Of a stretch of DNA of 64,000 nucleotides, positions 25,515 through 35,000 are shown piece by piece. Numbering within the stretch: the first letter of the stretch is position 1; the number at the start of each line of letters is the position of its first letter. The position numbers and the translations under genes were made by a program. The stretch is from a virus (lineage: Duplodnaviria > Caudoviricetes). The stretch spans positions 5,449 through 69,448 of IMG/VR virus record IMGVR_UViG_2974689092_000001. One strand, written 5' to 3'. The notes beneath the pieces were generated by a model that saw only the letters and a list, made by a program, of their open reading frames with translations, made no database searches and was not told the origin of the DNA.

Positions 25515-27988
25515 CCGCCGTCGTGCCCGGACGGGGACCGTCCACCGACCCGGAGCTGGCGCGCAGCTTCCACGACCGACTGGCGCGCCTGGAGAGCGCG
25601 CGCACCGTGCGCGTGGGGCCGTGGGTGCTCTCCAGCGACACCGCCACCGGCAACCTGATCGCCACGCGCCCGGGCCAGACGGTGCTGCTGGACGGCGACG
25701 GTGCTACCGAGATCACCGGCCAGCAACTCAACTTGTCGGGCCTCAAGAACTTCGTCACCAACGAGCAGCTCCAGGCGGCGCTGAGCGGCATCGACACCGA
25801 CGGCGGCGGCATCACCGGCCTGATCGACTCGGCGTTCGCACAGCTCTACGAGATGCTCACCGGCAGCGGTATCGACCCGCTCGGCGCGCTGACCAAGTTG
25901 GCCGACTTCCTCAAGATCGAACTGGGCGGGCCGGTGGACATCGCCCGCCTGCCGCTGTTGCCGCTGGCCCACATCCGCGACATCATCACCGAGCTGCTGC
26001 CGGACCCCGACTTCGACAACCCCAATTCCCTGGAGCGGTTCCTTGATTGGGACTGGCTCGACATCGACGGTGTGGACAGCCCCGGCGTGGCCCAGACCAT
26101 CGCCGACGGCCTGACCCACATCATCTACTCCGACCCCATCCCGGCAGCACCGGGTGACACGCTCGATGTCATGGCCAAGGCCAAGTGGATCGACCTGACC
26201 ACCTCCGGGCCGGAGCCGATCAGGATGTTCGTCAGCTTCTACAACGCCGCCAACCAGATGATTGGCAGCCCGGTGGAGGCCGGGCGGCTCGGCGCGCCGG
26301 GCACCAGCGGCGGCGTCGGCGGCTGGCAGACCATGACCGGCTCGGTGGAGGTGCCTGCCGGGACCAAGTACGCCATCCAAGAGCTGGCGGTGACCCCGGC
26401 GGCGACCGGCGGCACGGTGCGCTTCGGCCAGGCCAGCGTGTCCAAGAGCGGCCTGTTGCCGCAGGGCTACGTGGCGGGCCTGCTGGACGCGATCAGCGGG
26501 CTGTGGAATGGCATCCAGGCACGCCTCAACGACTTCATGGACCTGCTCGACGTGTTCGGCGGATTCGCCGTCGGCTCCGGCCAGGGCCAGCTCACCGATG
26601 TGGTCACACGGCTGTCGGCGCTCAACCCGATCACCGGGCTGCTCGACGCCGCCCGGCTGACCAACATGGGCGACCTGCCGTTCATCCCCAATGCCCTGGA
26701 CAAGGTGCCCGAGCTGGGCGGGCTGGTCAACAAGGCAACCGGCGCACTGAGCGGCGCGGTGCAGGCCGGGGAGCAGATCATCGGCGCTGGCCTGGAAGAT
26801 GCCGAGCAGGTCATGGCCAACCTGTTCGAGATGCTGACCTCGACCACGCGCAAGGTCCAGGCGTTGGAGGCCGATGCCACCTCCAACAGCGTCGGCGGGC
26901 GGCGCTTCAACATCAACTTCTCCGAGTACCCCGACGGCCCGTTCCCGGCGGGCCTGTTCCACATCACCTATTCCGGGCCGGGCACCTCCGTGCTCGCCAT
27001 CAACGAGGGCAATGCCGTCTGGAACATGGTCAACAACGGCTACCGGCGCGCGGTACTGCGCTATCCCACGCCGACGCTGACCCCGTTCCAGATCGTGCGC
27101 GGCACGATGGCCACACCGCCGCAGCAGGCGTCCAACGTGCGCATCTGGAGCCTGGGCCGGATGAACGCCGCTGGCACCGACTACGTGTTCGCTCGCGGCT
27201 ACTGCACCGGGTTCCTGCAATACCGGGGCGACATCGGGTGCGTGAAGGGCGGCGTCGAGTACGTCTGGGCCTCCAACGTCAGCCTGACCTGGAGCCTGGA
27301 TTTGCGCGTGGTCATGGGCGTGGGCACCAACGTGCGCCGCCACATGGTGCTCAGCGGTGACACCGTGGTCTGGGATGGCGTCGAGCCGCCCGACAAACAG
27401 TCCATCGTGGACGCCGACCACCTCTACTGGGGATCGCTGAGCGAGACCAACGGCTCCAAGCATCCTGGTGAGATCGCGGGCGCGAGCGTGGTGGACAACG
27501 CGCCCCCGGCGGTGGTCGGCACCACCTTCCGGGCCAGCCGCCGCGTCGGCAGCGACACCACCATCGGCTCCGGCGGCGTGCCGGTGCCCAACAACTTCTA
27601 CGAGACCATCGACTACATCAGCCCGGACCTGATCTACCGGCCCGGGTCCAACTGCGAGATCGAGGTGTCCAAGCAAGGCACCTACCTGGTGGCCTGGCGC
27701 GCACTGCACGGCCAGTACGCCTCGGGCACCTATGGGCACGGCCTGCTGTTCAAGAACGGCGCGCGTTACGAGCGGTGGGGCTGGGGCGGCAACCAGCTCA
27801 ACCTGGGCTTCTCGGTGAACACCACACTGGAGGACGCCACCGTCGGATTCGCAATGGTGCCAATGAACCCCGGCGACCGATTGCAGCCCGGTTTCCACTT
27901 CACCGCCAGCATGGGCAATACCGGCGACAATGTGGCACTCGCCGATGGGTCGCAGTCGTGGTTCGCGGTGACCCGGGTCGGCATCTGA
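25511..27988 (+). CDS. Large minor tail / receptor-binding protein
   Basis: 825 aa with a carbohydrate-binding-like segment ('WQTMTGSVEVPAGT...VRFGQASV') and a beta-rich C-terminus. Confidence 0.7.
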   Translation: MTAVVPGRGPSTDPELARSFHDRLARLESARTVRVGPWVLSSDTATGNLIATRPGQTVLLDGDGATEITGQQLNLSGLKNFVTNEQLQAALSGIDTDGGGITGLIDSAFAQLYEMLTGSGIDPLGALTKLADFLKIELGGPVDIARLPLLPLAHIRDIITELLPDPDFDNPNSLERFLDWDWLDIDGVDSPGVAQTIADGLTHIIYSDPIPAAPGDTLDVMAKAKWIDLTTSGPEPIRMFVSFYNAANQMIGSPVEAGRLGAPGTSGGVGGWQTMTGSVEVPAGTKYAIQELAVTPAATGGTVRFGQASVSKSGLLPQGYVAGLLDAISGLWNGIQARLNDFMDLLDVFGGFAVGSGQGQLTDVVTRLSALNPITGLLDAARLTNMGDLPFIPNALDKVPELGGLVNKATGALSGAVQAGEQIIGAGLEDAEQVMANLFEMLTSTTRKVQALEADATSNSVGGRRFNINFSEYPDGPFPAGLFHITYSGPGTSVLAINEGNAVWNMVNNGYRRAVLRYPTPTLTPFQIVRGTMATPPQQASNVRIWSLGRMNAAGTDYVFARGYCTGFLQYRGDIGCVKGGVEYVWASNVSLTWSLDLRVVMGVGTNVRRHMVLSGDTVVWDGVEPPDKQSIVDADHLYWGSLSETNGSKHPGEIAGASVVDNAPPAVVGTTFRASRRVGSDTTIGSGGVPVPNNFYETIDYISPDLIYRPGSNCEIEVSKQGTYLVAWRALHGQYASGTYGHGLLFKNGARYERWGWGGNQLNLGFSVNTTLEDATVGFAMVPMNPGDRLQPGFHFTASMGNTGDNVALADGSQSWFAVTRVGI

Positions 27989-29100
27989 TGTCCTGGCACC
28001 CAACACCGCCGCAACCCACCGAGCTGCTCGCACCGCCGCCCGGCTGGCATTCGCAGCGCCCGGTTCCCCGCCCGGTCATCGGGCGACCGGGCTGGTGGGC
28101 GGTGCTGGCCATCGACACCGCGCTGACGGTGCAGTGGGTCACCGAGCTGGAGATCGACTTCGTGACCGGCCTGGGTATGGAGGTGCTCAGCCTGCACGTC
28201 ACCCGCGAGCTGGCACTGCGCAAGATCGCCATGCTGTCGTTGGACCGCGAGCTGCACATCGACCGCGAGCTGGTACTGCGCGGCGTCTACAACGCCGACT
28301 TCGACACGGTGCTGCGCTGGTCGAGCGCAATGGGCCTGAGCAACATCGACACCTTGGACATGTCCCAGCTGCTCACCATCGAGGCCGACCTGGAGCTGCG
28401 CGCGGTACGACCGACGGCCTTCACACCGACCACGTTGACCGTGGCGCGCAGCCTCGGCATGGTCAACGTGCGCTCGTTGAGCATGACCCAGCAGCTCGTC
28501 GCCACGGCCAGCCTGGGCCTGGAGCTGATCCGCGCGCCGCGAGCGCCGGAAGAATGGCGGAGCACCACGCCGGGGGCCTACGTCTACCAAATCCCCAGCT
28601 GGGTGATCCACGGCGACCTCATCGACTACATCCTGCTCGGCGCGGGCGGCGGTGGTCAGGCGGGCGGCTACTTCTTCGCTTCCGGGGATGGCGGCGGTGC
28701 CGGTAAATACACCAGCGGCACCATTACTTACGGCGTCCACATTCCCGACGGGACAAGTGTTCTCGGCGGCAATGTCGGCGACGGTGGCCAATTAGGCGGC
28801 AACCCATTTGCACTGGCACCCGGTAAGGCCGGTGGCCCGTCCACCATCAACGCGGTGGGATCATTTACGGCAAAGACGGCGGCGGGCGGCGCGGGCGGGG
28901 GAACGTCCGGCAGCAGCAGCAACACCACCGGCCTGTCGCCTGGAAACCGCACGCAGGGCACATTGACGGTGACCGGCGGCGGCACGGCCAGCACCAACAC
29001 CGCAGGGAAGCCGCCCGGCGGTGGCGGTGGCGGTGGTTACCCGGCGTGGGGTGGATCGGGTGCAGACGGGTGTGTCGCATTCAAAGCGCGACAGGCATAA
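27988..29100 (+). CDS. Minor tail protein with C-terminal glycine-rich domain
   Basis: TGATG coupling; 'DYILLGAGGGGQAG...GGGAG' Gly-rich module. Confidence 0.7.
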   Translation: MSWHPTPPQPTELLAPPPGWHSQRPVPRPVIGRPGWWAVLAIDTALTVQWVTELEIDFVTGLGMEVLSLHVTRELALRKIAMLSLDRELHIDRELVLRGVYNADFDTVLRWSSAMGLSNIDTLDMSQLLTIEADLELRAVRPTAFTPTTLTVARSLGMVNVRSLSMTQQLVATASLGLELIRAPRAPEEWRSTTPGAYVYQIPSWVIHGDLIDYILLGAGGGGQAGGYFFASGDGGGAGKYTSGTITYGVHIPDGTSVLGGNVGDGGQLGGNPFALAPGKAGGPSTINAVGSFTAKTAAGGAGGGTSGSSSNTTGLSPGNRTQGTLTVTGGGTASTNTAGKPPGGGGGGGYPAWGGSGADGCVAFKARQA

Positions 29101-29118
29101 AGGAAACGAGGGAGCCGG

Positions 29119-29313
29119 ATGCCATTACATTTCACCAGGCAGCAGATATTGGAAGAAGCCGACAGGTACCTGTTTGAGGCGAGCAAACTGCCTGATTCCG
29201 ACCCGCATAAACAGCAATGGATTCAGGCGGCGAGCAATTTGACCAATGTCGTTCTCGCGCGGGTTTATCACCAATTGGCCAAAACCCATTACGACATTCC
29301 CGACACCGTGTGA
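29119..29313 (+). CDS. Small hypothetical protein, AT-rich
   Basis: 64 aa with purine-rich SD region; about 52% GC over 29101-29160 (hand count). Confidence 0.5.
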   Translation: MPLHFTRQQILEEADRYLFEASKLPDSDPHKQQWIQAASNLTNVVLARVYHQLAKTHYDIPDTV

Positions 29314-29340
29314 CCCGGGCGCGCGGCCACGGTGCTTCGA

Positions 29341-29346
29341 TAGTCT
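29341..29346 (+). promoter_or_regulatory. -10 element (TAGTCT), leaderless
   Basis: 6 nt to ATG 29353. Confidence 0.5.
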
Positions 29347-29352
29347 GACGGC

Positions 29353-29736
29353 ATGGCAGAAGGCATCTCGCTGTACCTGGCGAACAAGCTGCTCGATCAT
29401 GTCTGCCGTGGCGTGGCCTACACCCCGCCCACCACCGTCTACTTCCAGGCCCACGTCGGTGCGCCCGGCGCGGCAATGACGGCCAACCGCGCCTCCAACA
29501 CCACGCGCGTGCCGGTGCCGTTCAGCGCCGCCAGTGCCGGTCAAATCAACATCAGCGGCGCGCCCGAGCACGTCCTGGGTGGCAGCGACCTGATTACCCA
29601 CGGCTCGTTCTGGGACGCCGCCAGCGGTGGCAACCCGCTGTGGAGCGTGGTGGCGGCAGCGTCCAAGGGCGGTTCGCCCGGAGACATCATCCGCGTGTCC
29701 ACCGCAGCGCTGGGGCTGAGTCCGATAGCGAGCTAG
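29353..29736 (+). CDS. Minor tail protein
   Basis: 'GISLYLANKLLDHV...YTPPTTVYFQAHVGAPG...THGSFWDAASGGN' is a common actinophage tail family. Confidence 0.7.
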   Translation: MAEGISLYLANKLLDHVCRGVAYTPPTTVYFQAHVGAPGAAMTANRASNTTRVPVPFSAASAGQINISGAPEHVLGGSDLITHGSFWDAASGGNPLWSVVAAASKGGSPGDIIRVSTAALGLSPIAS

Positions 29737-29737
29737 G

Positions 29738-29743
29738 TAGGCT
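29738..29743 (+). promoter_or_regulatory. -10 element (TAGGCT), leaderless
   Basis: 7 nt to ATG 29751. Confidence 0.5.
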
Positions 29744-29750
29744 GACGGCC

Positions 29751-30128
29751 ATGACACAGCCGCACCCCGACGAGGACTACGAGTGGGCGCTGGGGTTCGA
29801 TGCGGCCACCGTGCCGGTGGAGTCGATGCCGCCGCAGCCCCAGGAGCCGCTGCCGCTCGGCCCGGACGCCAGCGAGGCCGAGCAGCGCGCCTACGCCGGA
29901 CGCCTGGCCGAGTACGCCGAGGCCAAGCGCCGGTACGACGCCGACGTGGCCGCGCTGCTGACATCCGACGCCAACTGGTCCTCGCAACGCACGCCGTTGG
30001 CCACGCGCGAGGAGGCCGAGGCGCATGTCAAGGAGTTCCTGGCCGTCCACGCCACGAACCCGCTCGTGCGCAACGCCGGGCTGTACCGCGCGCCGCGCCG
30101 GGAATGGGAGCGCGTCGAGCTGAGCTAG
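29751..30128 (+). CDS. Hypothetical protein
   Basis: High GC3 from ATG 29751. Confidence 0.6.
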   Translation: MTQPHPDEDYEWALGFDAATVPVESMPPQPQEPLPLGPDASEAEQRAYAGRLAEYAEAKRRYDADVAALLTSDANWSSQRTPLATREEAEAHVKEFLAVHATNPLVRNAGLYRAPRREWERVELS

Positions 30129-30400
30129 CGCGGGAACCAGGGCCGCAGCCAGTCCGGCAGCAGCATGTCCACGGTGTTCTGCGCCGCTTCCACCACCTGG
30201 GTCACGTCGGGTTTGCCGTCGCGGTCCAGGTCGGTGATGCGGTCGAATGCCTTGTCCACGGCGGTGCCGATGGCCGGTGCGATCAGCGGTGTGACGTACT
30301 TGGTGATGACCTTGGCGGCGAGCTTCTCAGCCACCGCCTGGGTGCGCTCGTCCTGGATGACCTCGATGACCAGTTCGCGCGTCCAGCTGCGGATGCTCAT
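30125..30400 (-). CDS. Hypothetical protein (antisense, own leaderless promoter)
   Basis: TACCGT (30413-30408), 7 nt, then ATG at 30400; high GC3. Confidence 0.6.
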   Translation of the reverse strand: MSIRSWTRELVIEVIQDERTQAVAEKLAAKVITKYVTPLIAPAIGTAVDKAFDRITDLDRDGKPDVTQVVEAAQNTVDMLLPDWLRPWFPR

Positions 30401-30419
30401 GTCAGCCACGGTAGCCCCG

Positions 30420-30425
30420 TAGGAT
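30420..30425 (+). promoter_or_regulatory. -10 element (TAGGAT), back-to-back with the minus-strand -10 at 30408-30413
   Basis: 7 nt to GTG 30433. Confidence 0.5.
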
Positions 30426-30432
30426 GACGACC

Positions 30433-31077
30433 GTGACCAGCCCGGCGGTGTGCATCTCGGAGAACATGGTCGTCGATGCCGACGGCAGGCTGCGCCTGGC
30501 TCCCTGGAGCGTGCCGCGCAACGTCGCCGACGTGCTGGCCACCTCCGGCGCTGACACCACCAAACTCCTGGCCACGCCCAGTCTGCCCGGGCGGCTGCTG
30601 ATCGACCGTCAGGTGGACTGGACCAACGACACCCCCATCGAGCACCATGTGCGCGTCCTGGTCACCCGGCGCTGGCGGCGGTGGGTCACCAGCAATCCCA
30701 ACGCGGTGCAGTTCCGCGACCGCTGGAGCAGCGCCATCACACCCAAGGGCAGCGCGCCGGTCGCCCCCGCCGTGCCGGTGGTCTCCGGCATCTACAACAG
30801 CCACGCCGGGAGCGCGGGCGACATCGGCACCAACTCGGTGGCCGAGCCGCTGCCCGGCAAGTACCACCACTGGTGGGGAACCACCACCACCGAGGAGTGG
30901 CTGGGGCCGCTGGAGCCGGGGGACCGGCTGGCGGTCCACTACCGCGCCTATGTCTGGACGCCACCGCCGTTCTCCGACAACGCGAACAAGAACAGCCCCG
31001 CGCACGAGGCCGAGGCCGGGTGGGCGCGCATCCAGCTCCAGGCGTTCCCGATGCAGGGCAAGCTGGTGGTCGGATGA
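30433..31077 (+). CDS. Minor tail/structural protein, paralogue 1 of 3
   Basis: N-terminus 'AVCISENMVVDADGRLRLAPW'. Confidence 0.6.
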   Translation: MTSPAVCISENMVVDADGRLRLAPWSVPRNVADVLATSGADTTKLLATPSLPGRLLIDRQVDWTNDTPIEHHVRVLVTRRWRRWVTSNPNAVQFRDRWSSAITPKGSAPVAPAVPVVSGIYNSHAGSAGDIGTNSVAEPLPGKYHHWWGTTTTEEWLGPLEPGDRLAVHYRAYVWTPPPFSDNANKNSPAHEAEAGWARIQLQAFPMQGKLVVG

Positions 31078-31673
31078 GCCTCAAACTCTGTACCGGCGAG
31101 TACATGATTTCCGACACCAACGGGGTCGGCCCGGCGCGAACGTGGTTGCCACGCAAGGTTGCCGAGCAATTCCTGGAGTCCACCAAGGACGGCGAGATCA
31201 AGCTGTCGCCGGACCCGGTGACCATGATCGACGGCGACCTGACCTGGTTCAACAACAGCGATGACCGCCAACGGGTGTGGGTGCTGGTGCATCGTGCGCC
31301 GCGCACCATCATCGCCCAGAACCCGGCCACCGTGGTGATTCACGACGCCTGGAGCCACCAGATCGGCAAGGAGCCGAGTGCTGACTTCCCCAGCGTCATT
31401 GCCGACACGTTCGGCGGGCGGCTCCAGCTGGACCGTGCCAGCGCCACCGCCGAGGCACTGCAATTCGGGCGCTACTTCCTCGACGGCGATGACAGCCAGC
31501 GGTGGGTGGACATCGGTGTGGTGCCGCCGCAGCAGAGCTTCCACTTCCGCTACATCGCCGCCGTCCAGACCCCCAACATCTGGATCATCCCCAGCGAGTT
31601 CGAGCCGCGCTGGGAGGCGTATGCGCGGTGGACCCGCCTGACCGCCCTGGCCGCTCCGGTAGGTGCGCAATGA
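31074..31673 (+). CDS. Minor tail/structural protein, paralogue 2 of 3
   Basis: ATGA coupling; 'KLCTGEYMISDTNGVGPARTW'. Confidence 0.6.
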   Translation: MSLKLCTGEYMISDTNGVGPARTWLPRKVAEQFLESTKDGEIKLSPDPVTMIDGDLTWFNNSDDRQRVWVLVHRAPRTIIAQNPATVVIHDAWSHQIGKEPSADFPSVIADTFGGRLQLDRASATAEALQFGRYFLDGDDSQRWVDIGVVPPQQSFHFRYIAAVQTPNIWIIPSEFEPRWEAYARWTRLTALAAPVGAQ

Positions 31674-32434
31674 CCGAGCCGTTCCCCTGCATCGACCCCG
31701 ACCACCTGTCCGTCGGCCCCGACGGCGAGCTGATGCCGCAGCCGTGGATGCAATGGCGGCAGCTGCGCAGCGTCGAGGCACCCACCAAGACCGGCACCTA
31801 CCCGGTCACGCTGACCTCCGGGCCACTCGGCGGCATCGACATCTTCGGCACCCTCGGCAGCCTGTTCGGCAGCCTGTTCAGCTTCATCCCCGGCATCTTC
31901 GGCGCGACCAGCGTGCTGGCCGGACTCGGCCAGGCGGCGAGCGCGGCGGGCAACAAGAACGACCTGCTGCACAGCCTCCAGCTGGAGTGGGTCAACAACA
32001 GCCCGGTGGACCAGTGGGTGTACGGGCTGATCTCACGCGGTGGGTGCCGGGTCACGCTCCAGGCACGCTCGCGCGGTGGCCTGGTGCTCTCCAGCGGCTA
32101 CAAACTCAACGCGCCCGGTGATGCCGGGCCGCTGGTGCCGTGCTCGATGGTGGGCTGCGGTGCCGACATGGCGCGCAGCGGCACACTGGCGCTGGGCACC
32201 ACCTTCGGCGTGATCGAGCAGCGGATGAACAGCGTCACCATTCCGCTCGCACCGGAGCGCGCTGGCTGGGCACGCCTCGCGCCCGGAGAGCGCATCACCG
32301 CGCGCGCGGAGCTGCGGTTCGTCAGCGAGTTCTGGGAGAACACCTCCATCGACGGCGGCACGATGGGCACCGAGTCCGGCTACGAAACCGGCGAGACGCG
32401 CCTGGACCTGTTCGCCGTGCCCGCCCTGGAATAA
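31670..32434 (+). CDS. Minor tail/structural protein, paralogue 3 of 3
   Basis: ATGA coupling; 'FPCIDPDHLSVGPDGELMPQPW'. Confidence 0.6.
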   Translation: MTEPFPCIDPDHLSVGPDGELMPQPWMQWRQLRSVEAPTKTGTYPVTLTSGPLGGIDIFGTLGSLFGSLFSFIPGIFGATSVLAGLGQAASAAGNKNDLLHSLQLEWVNNSPVDQWVYGLISRGGCRVTLQARSRGGLVLSSGYKLNAPGDAGPLVPCSMVGCGADMARSGTLALGTTFGVIEQRMNSVTIPLAPERAGWARLAPGERITARAELRFVSEFWENTSIDGGTMGTESGYETGETRLDLFAVPALE

Positions 32435-32464
32435 CCAACCTCCGACGCCTCGGGAGAACGCCCC

Positions 32465-32833
32465 ATGTACGACCCACCACCCGGTTACGCCGACTGCGAA
32501 GCTGACGCCGAGAACTACCCGACGCCACCCGGGCACCCCTACCACGAGCTGGCGGTGGATGGTGTCGGCGTGCTGCACGCGCGCCGCCCGCTGCCCAACG
32601 CGATCCCGGCCCTGGCCGGTGCGGCCAACAGCAAGGTCAGCCCTGAGAGCCGCATCGACTACCTGACGATTTTCGTGCAGAACCACCTCGCGCCCGGAGA
32701 GGCCGAGGAGCTGCTGGCCAAGATGATGGACCCCGACGAGGACATGCCCGATGACACCATGCTGCGCGTCAGCCGGGCCATAGCGACAGCAGGCACCGCC
32801 CGCCCTACTCAGCCGTCATCAACCTCGCGCTGA
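32465..32833 (+). CDS. Tail-assembly-chaperone paralogue (G-like)
   Basis: Aligns by eye to 15743..16393 (VSP...D...F...HL.P...MDPDE); ends RPTQPSSTSR. Confidence 0.6.
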   Translation: MYDPPPGYADCEADAENYPTPPGHPYHELAVDGVGVLHARRPLPNAIPALAGAANSKVSPESRIDYLTIFVQNHLAPGEAEELLAKMMDPDEDMPDDTMLRVSRAIATAGTARPTQPSSTSR

Positions 32834-33153
32834 TGGCGGCTCACAACTGGCGGGCGCTGCGGCTGCGTTTCGCCGACAAGGGAATCGGCAACGTCATGAC
32901 CGAGGTGCCGACGATGCACCTGGTGCTCGATGCCATCGAGGCGCTCGGCGCGGAGAGCGCCACCAGCGAGGCCAAGACGGCTGTGGAGGCCCGGGCCAAG
33001 CTCACCGCCTACTTTGACCGGCTCTACAAACCGGACCTGCTCACCCGCACCATCGACGGCGACGGCTACATGCCGCCACCATCGGGATTCAGCGACGAGG
33101 AGGTCGAGGCCAGCTTCGACGCATTCCTGTCAGCGCACACCGCTGCCGGATAG
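32833..33153 (+). CDS. T-like extension ORF (candidate -1 frameshift partner of 32465)
   Basis: Lies in the -1 frame, open from 32755; no SD before ATG 32833. Confidence 0.55.
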   Translation: MAAHNWRALRLRFADKGIGNVMTEVPTMHLVLDAIEALGAESATSEAKTAVEARAKLTAYFDRLYKPDLLTRTIDGDGYMPPPSGFSDEEVEASFDAFLSAHTAAG

Positions 33154-33169
33154 ATGCGCCGCGAGCCGC

Positions 33170-33175
33170 TACGCT
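33170..33175 (+). promoter_or_regulatory. -10 element (TACGCT), leaderless
   Basis: 7 nt to ATG 33183; GCTACGCTGAGC is shared with 53830-53841. Confidence 0.55.
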
Positions 33176-33182
33176 GAGCAGC

Positions 33183-33590
33183 ATGGCTGTGACGACCGTG
33201 CTGTTCGACACCGCCGCTCAGGCGGGCAGCAAGTTCGATCCCGAGGTAGCCGCCGAGGTCGAGCACCTCGCGCCTGGCCTGGAACCCGGCGAGGTCGGCG
33301 AGTCCACGCTGGCCGACGGGGCGGTGTCGCGGTCCAAGATCAAACCCGGCGCGGTGGGACCGGAGCAGCTCGCGGCAGGCGGTGTCGAGGCGGCGAACAT
33401 GGCTGCCAACTCGGTGCCGACCACCGCGCTCCAGGACAACAGTGTCACCGCTGCCAAGGCTGGCCTGGGCGTGAGCACCGCCTACGACGCCGCTGGCAAT
33501 CCCGTCGAGGACCGCACGGTGTACCTGACCGCCGCCGAGTACAACCAACTGACCGACCCGGACCCCAACACGACCTACTACATCAGCTGA
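33183..33590 (+). CDS. Small tail-fibre-type protein with (L/I)xxGAV/SV repeats and C-terminal 'YNQLTDPDPNTTYYI' module
   Basis: Repeats LADGAV / IKPGAV / LAAGGV / MAANSV / LQDNSV. Confidence 0.65.
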   Translation: MAVTTVLFDTAAQAGSKFDPEVAAEVEHLAPGLEPGEVGESTLADGAVSRSKIKPGAVGPEQLAAGGVEAANMAANSVPTTALQDNSVTAAKAGLGVSTAYDAAGNPVEDRTVYLTAAEYNQLTDPDPNTTYYIS

Positions 33591-33597
33591 GCCGCGA

Positions 33598-34740
33598 ATG
33601 CCAGTACGCCGGGGAACCGCGCCCAACTACACCGCCGTCCGGCGCGGGCGCACCGTCATCCGTGAGATCAGGCGTGGCTCGACGCTGGTGTGGAACGGTG
33701 CCACCATCAGCGACGGGTTCGACTGGGACGGGTTTCTCCAGGACTGGATCAACGAGCTGTGCAGCGGTGCCGACCCCGGCGACCTGATCTCCGATGGCCT
33801 GGGCGGCATCCGCGACGGACTCAACAACGAGGTCGGTCGCATCGTGCAGTATGTCGAGCGCGGTGTGAACGAGGCCGGGCTGCTGGTGGCCGACACCACC
33901 ACCAGCCTGGTGGACGCCTACTGCGGCGCGTGGGGCGGCACAGCACCGCCGGACGGCCTGCTCGGCCTCATCAACGGCATCCCCATCTTCGGCCCGCTGG
34001 CAAGCGATCTGCTCTCGGACTGGTTCGGCGGCACGCTGGAGATCGACACACTGGTCGGTAAGATTCCGGTGGTCGGCCAGCTGGCCACCATGATCGGCCT
34101 GCTGCCCGACCAGGTGACCGGAGCCATCGAGGAGCCGCTCAACTACGTCATCGACGCGGCTGGCCAGGTGGTCGGCACACTGACCTGCGGCCAGTTCAAG
34201 AACATCGCCGGGAGCCTGCTGGAGCCGGTCTGTTACACCATCGGCGTGGTGGGCCAGGCGGCGCGGATGCTGATTCCCGACGGCCTGATGAGTCTCAACA
34301 CCGAGAGCAGCCGCCTGCGCCACCCCACGCTGCTGCCCGCCGACGGGTTCCTGGAAGTGCAGCTGGCACAGCTGGGCGATCCGGGGTTCATCACCCAGGT
34401 GTTCCGTCGCTATTCCGACAACGGCTCCGGGGACGCTGGCGTCGGCATCGACATCCGCAACGGGGCGGCGTCCATCGTGCGCCGCGTCGGCGGCACCGAT
34501 GTCCTGGTGGCACCACACCTGGGCGGCGTCGGTCCGGCTGACTGGCTGCGGCTGGTGCAGACCGGCAACCTCCACGAGCTGTTCCGCAACGGCGACAAGC
34601 TCGGCGAGTGGGACGACGCCACCGGCACGGCGGCGGTAGGCACCGGCCACCAGTCGGTGGCGATGGTGATGCACGGTGCCAAGGAGTTCGGCGGCTCGCG
34701 GCTGTTCAGCCCGGCCCTGGCCAGCCTGGCGGCAGCTTAG
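33598..34740 (+). CDS. Minor tail protein
   Basis: N-terminal 'IREIRRGSTLVW' module usually pairs with the preceding DPNT.YYI module; lectin-like C-terminus. Confidence 0.6.
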   Translation: MPVRRGTAPNYTAVRRGRTVIREIRRGSTLVWNGATISDGFDWDGFLQDWINELCSGADPGDLISDGLGGIRDGLNNEVGRIVQYVERGVNEAGLLVADTTTSLVDAYCGAWGGTAPPDGLLGLINGIPIFGPLASDLLSDWFGGTLEIDTLVGKIPVVGQLATMIGLLPDQVTGAIEEPLNYVIDAAGQVVGTLTCGQFKNIAGSLLEPVCYTIGVVGQAARMLIPDGLMSLNTESSRLRHPTLLPADGFLEVQLAQLGDPGFITQVFRRYSDNGSGDAGVGIDIRNGAASIVRRVGGTDVLVAPHLGGVGPADWLRLVQTGNLHELFRNGDKLGEWDDATGTAAVGTGHQSVAMVMHGAKEFGGSRLFSPALASLAAA

Positions 34741-35000
34741 GCGGCGTGGCCAAACGGCCAGTACCGTGTTCGGCCCCCAGCGCCACGCTGGCGCACGAAC
34801 TGGCTGTGGTGGCGTGCTGGTACCGGAGACGGCGCTACAGACGGCTGTGGCGCGATCTGGCGCGGTGCAAGGACCGGGCGCAGCAGGCAGGCCACCGCCA
34901 CCGACAGCCCGGCGGCGGTGACCACCCAGGCGTGCTCGTAGGCCGACGATGCGCCCAGGACCATGACCAGCACGCCCGCCAGGGCCAGCCGGGTGTTCAC
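34737..35000 (-). CDS. Small membrane protein (2 TM)
   Basis: GTGA overlap with the upstream gene; 'LALAGVLVMVLGASS' and 'WVVTAAGLSVAVACLL'. Confidence 0.5.
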   Translation of the reverse strand: MNTRLALAGVLVMVLGASSAYEHAWVVTAAGLSVAVACLLRPVLAPRQIAPQPSVAPSPVPARHHSQFVRQRGAGGRTRYWPFGHAA

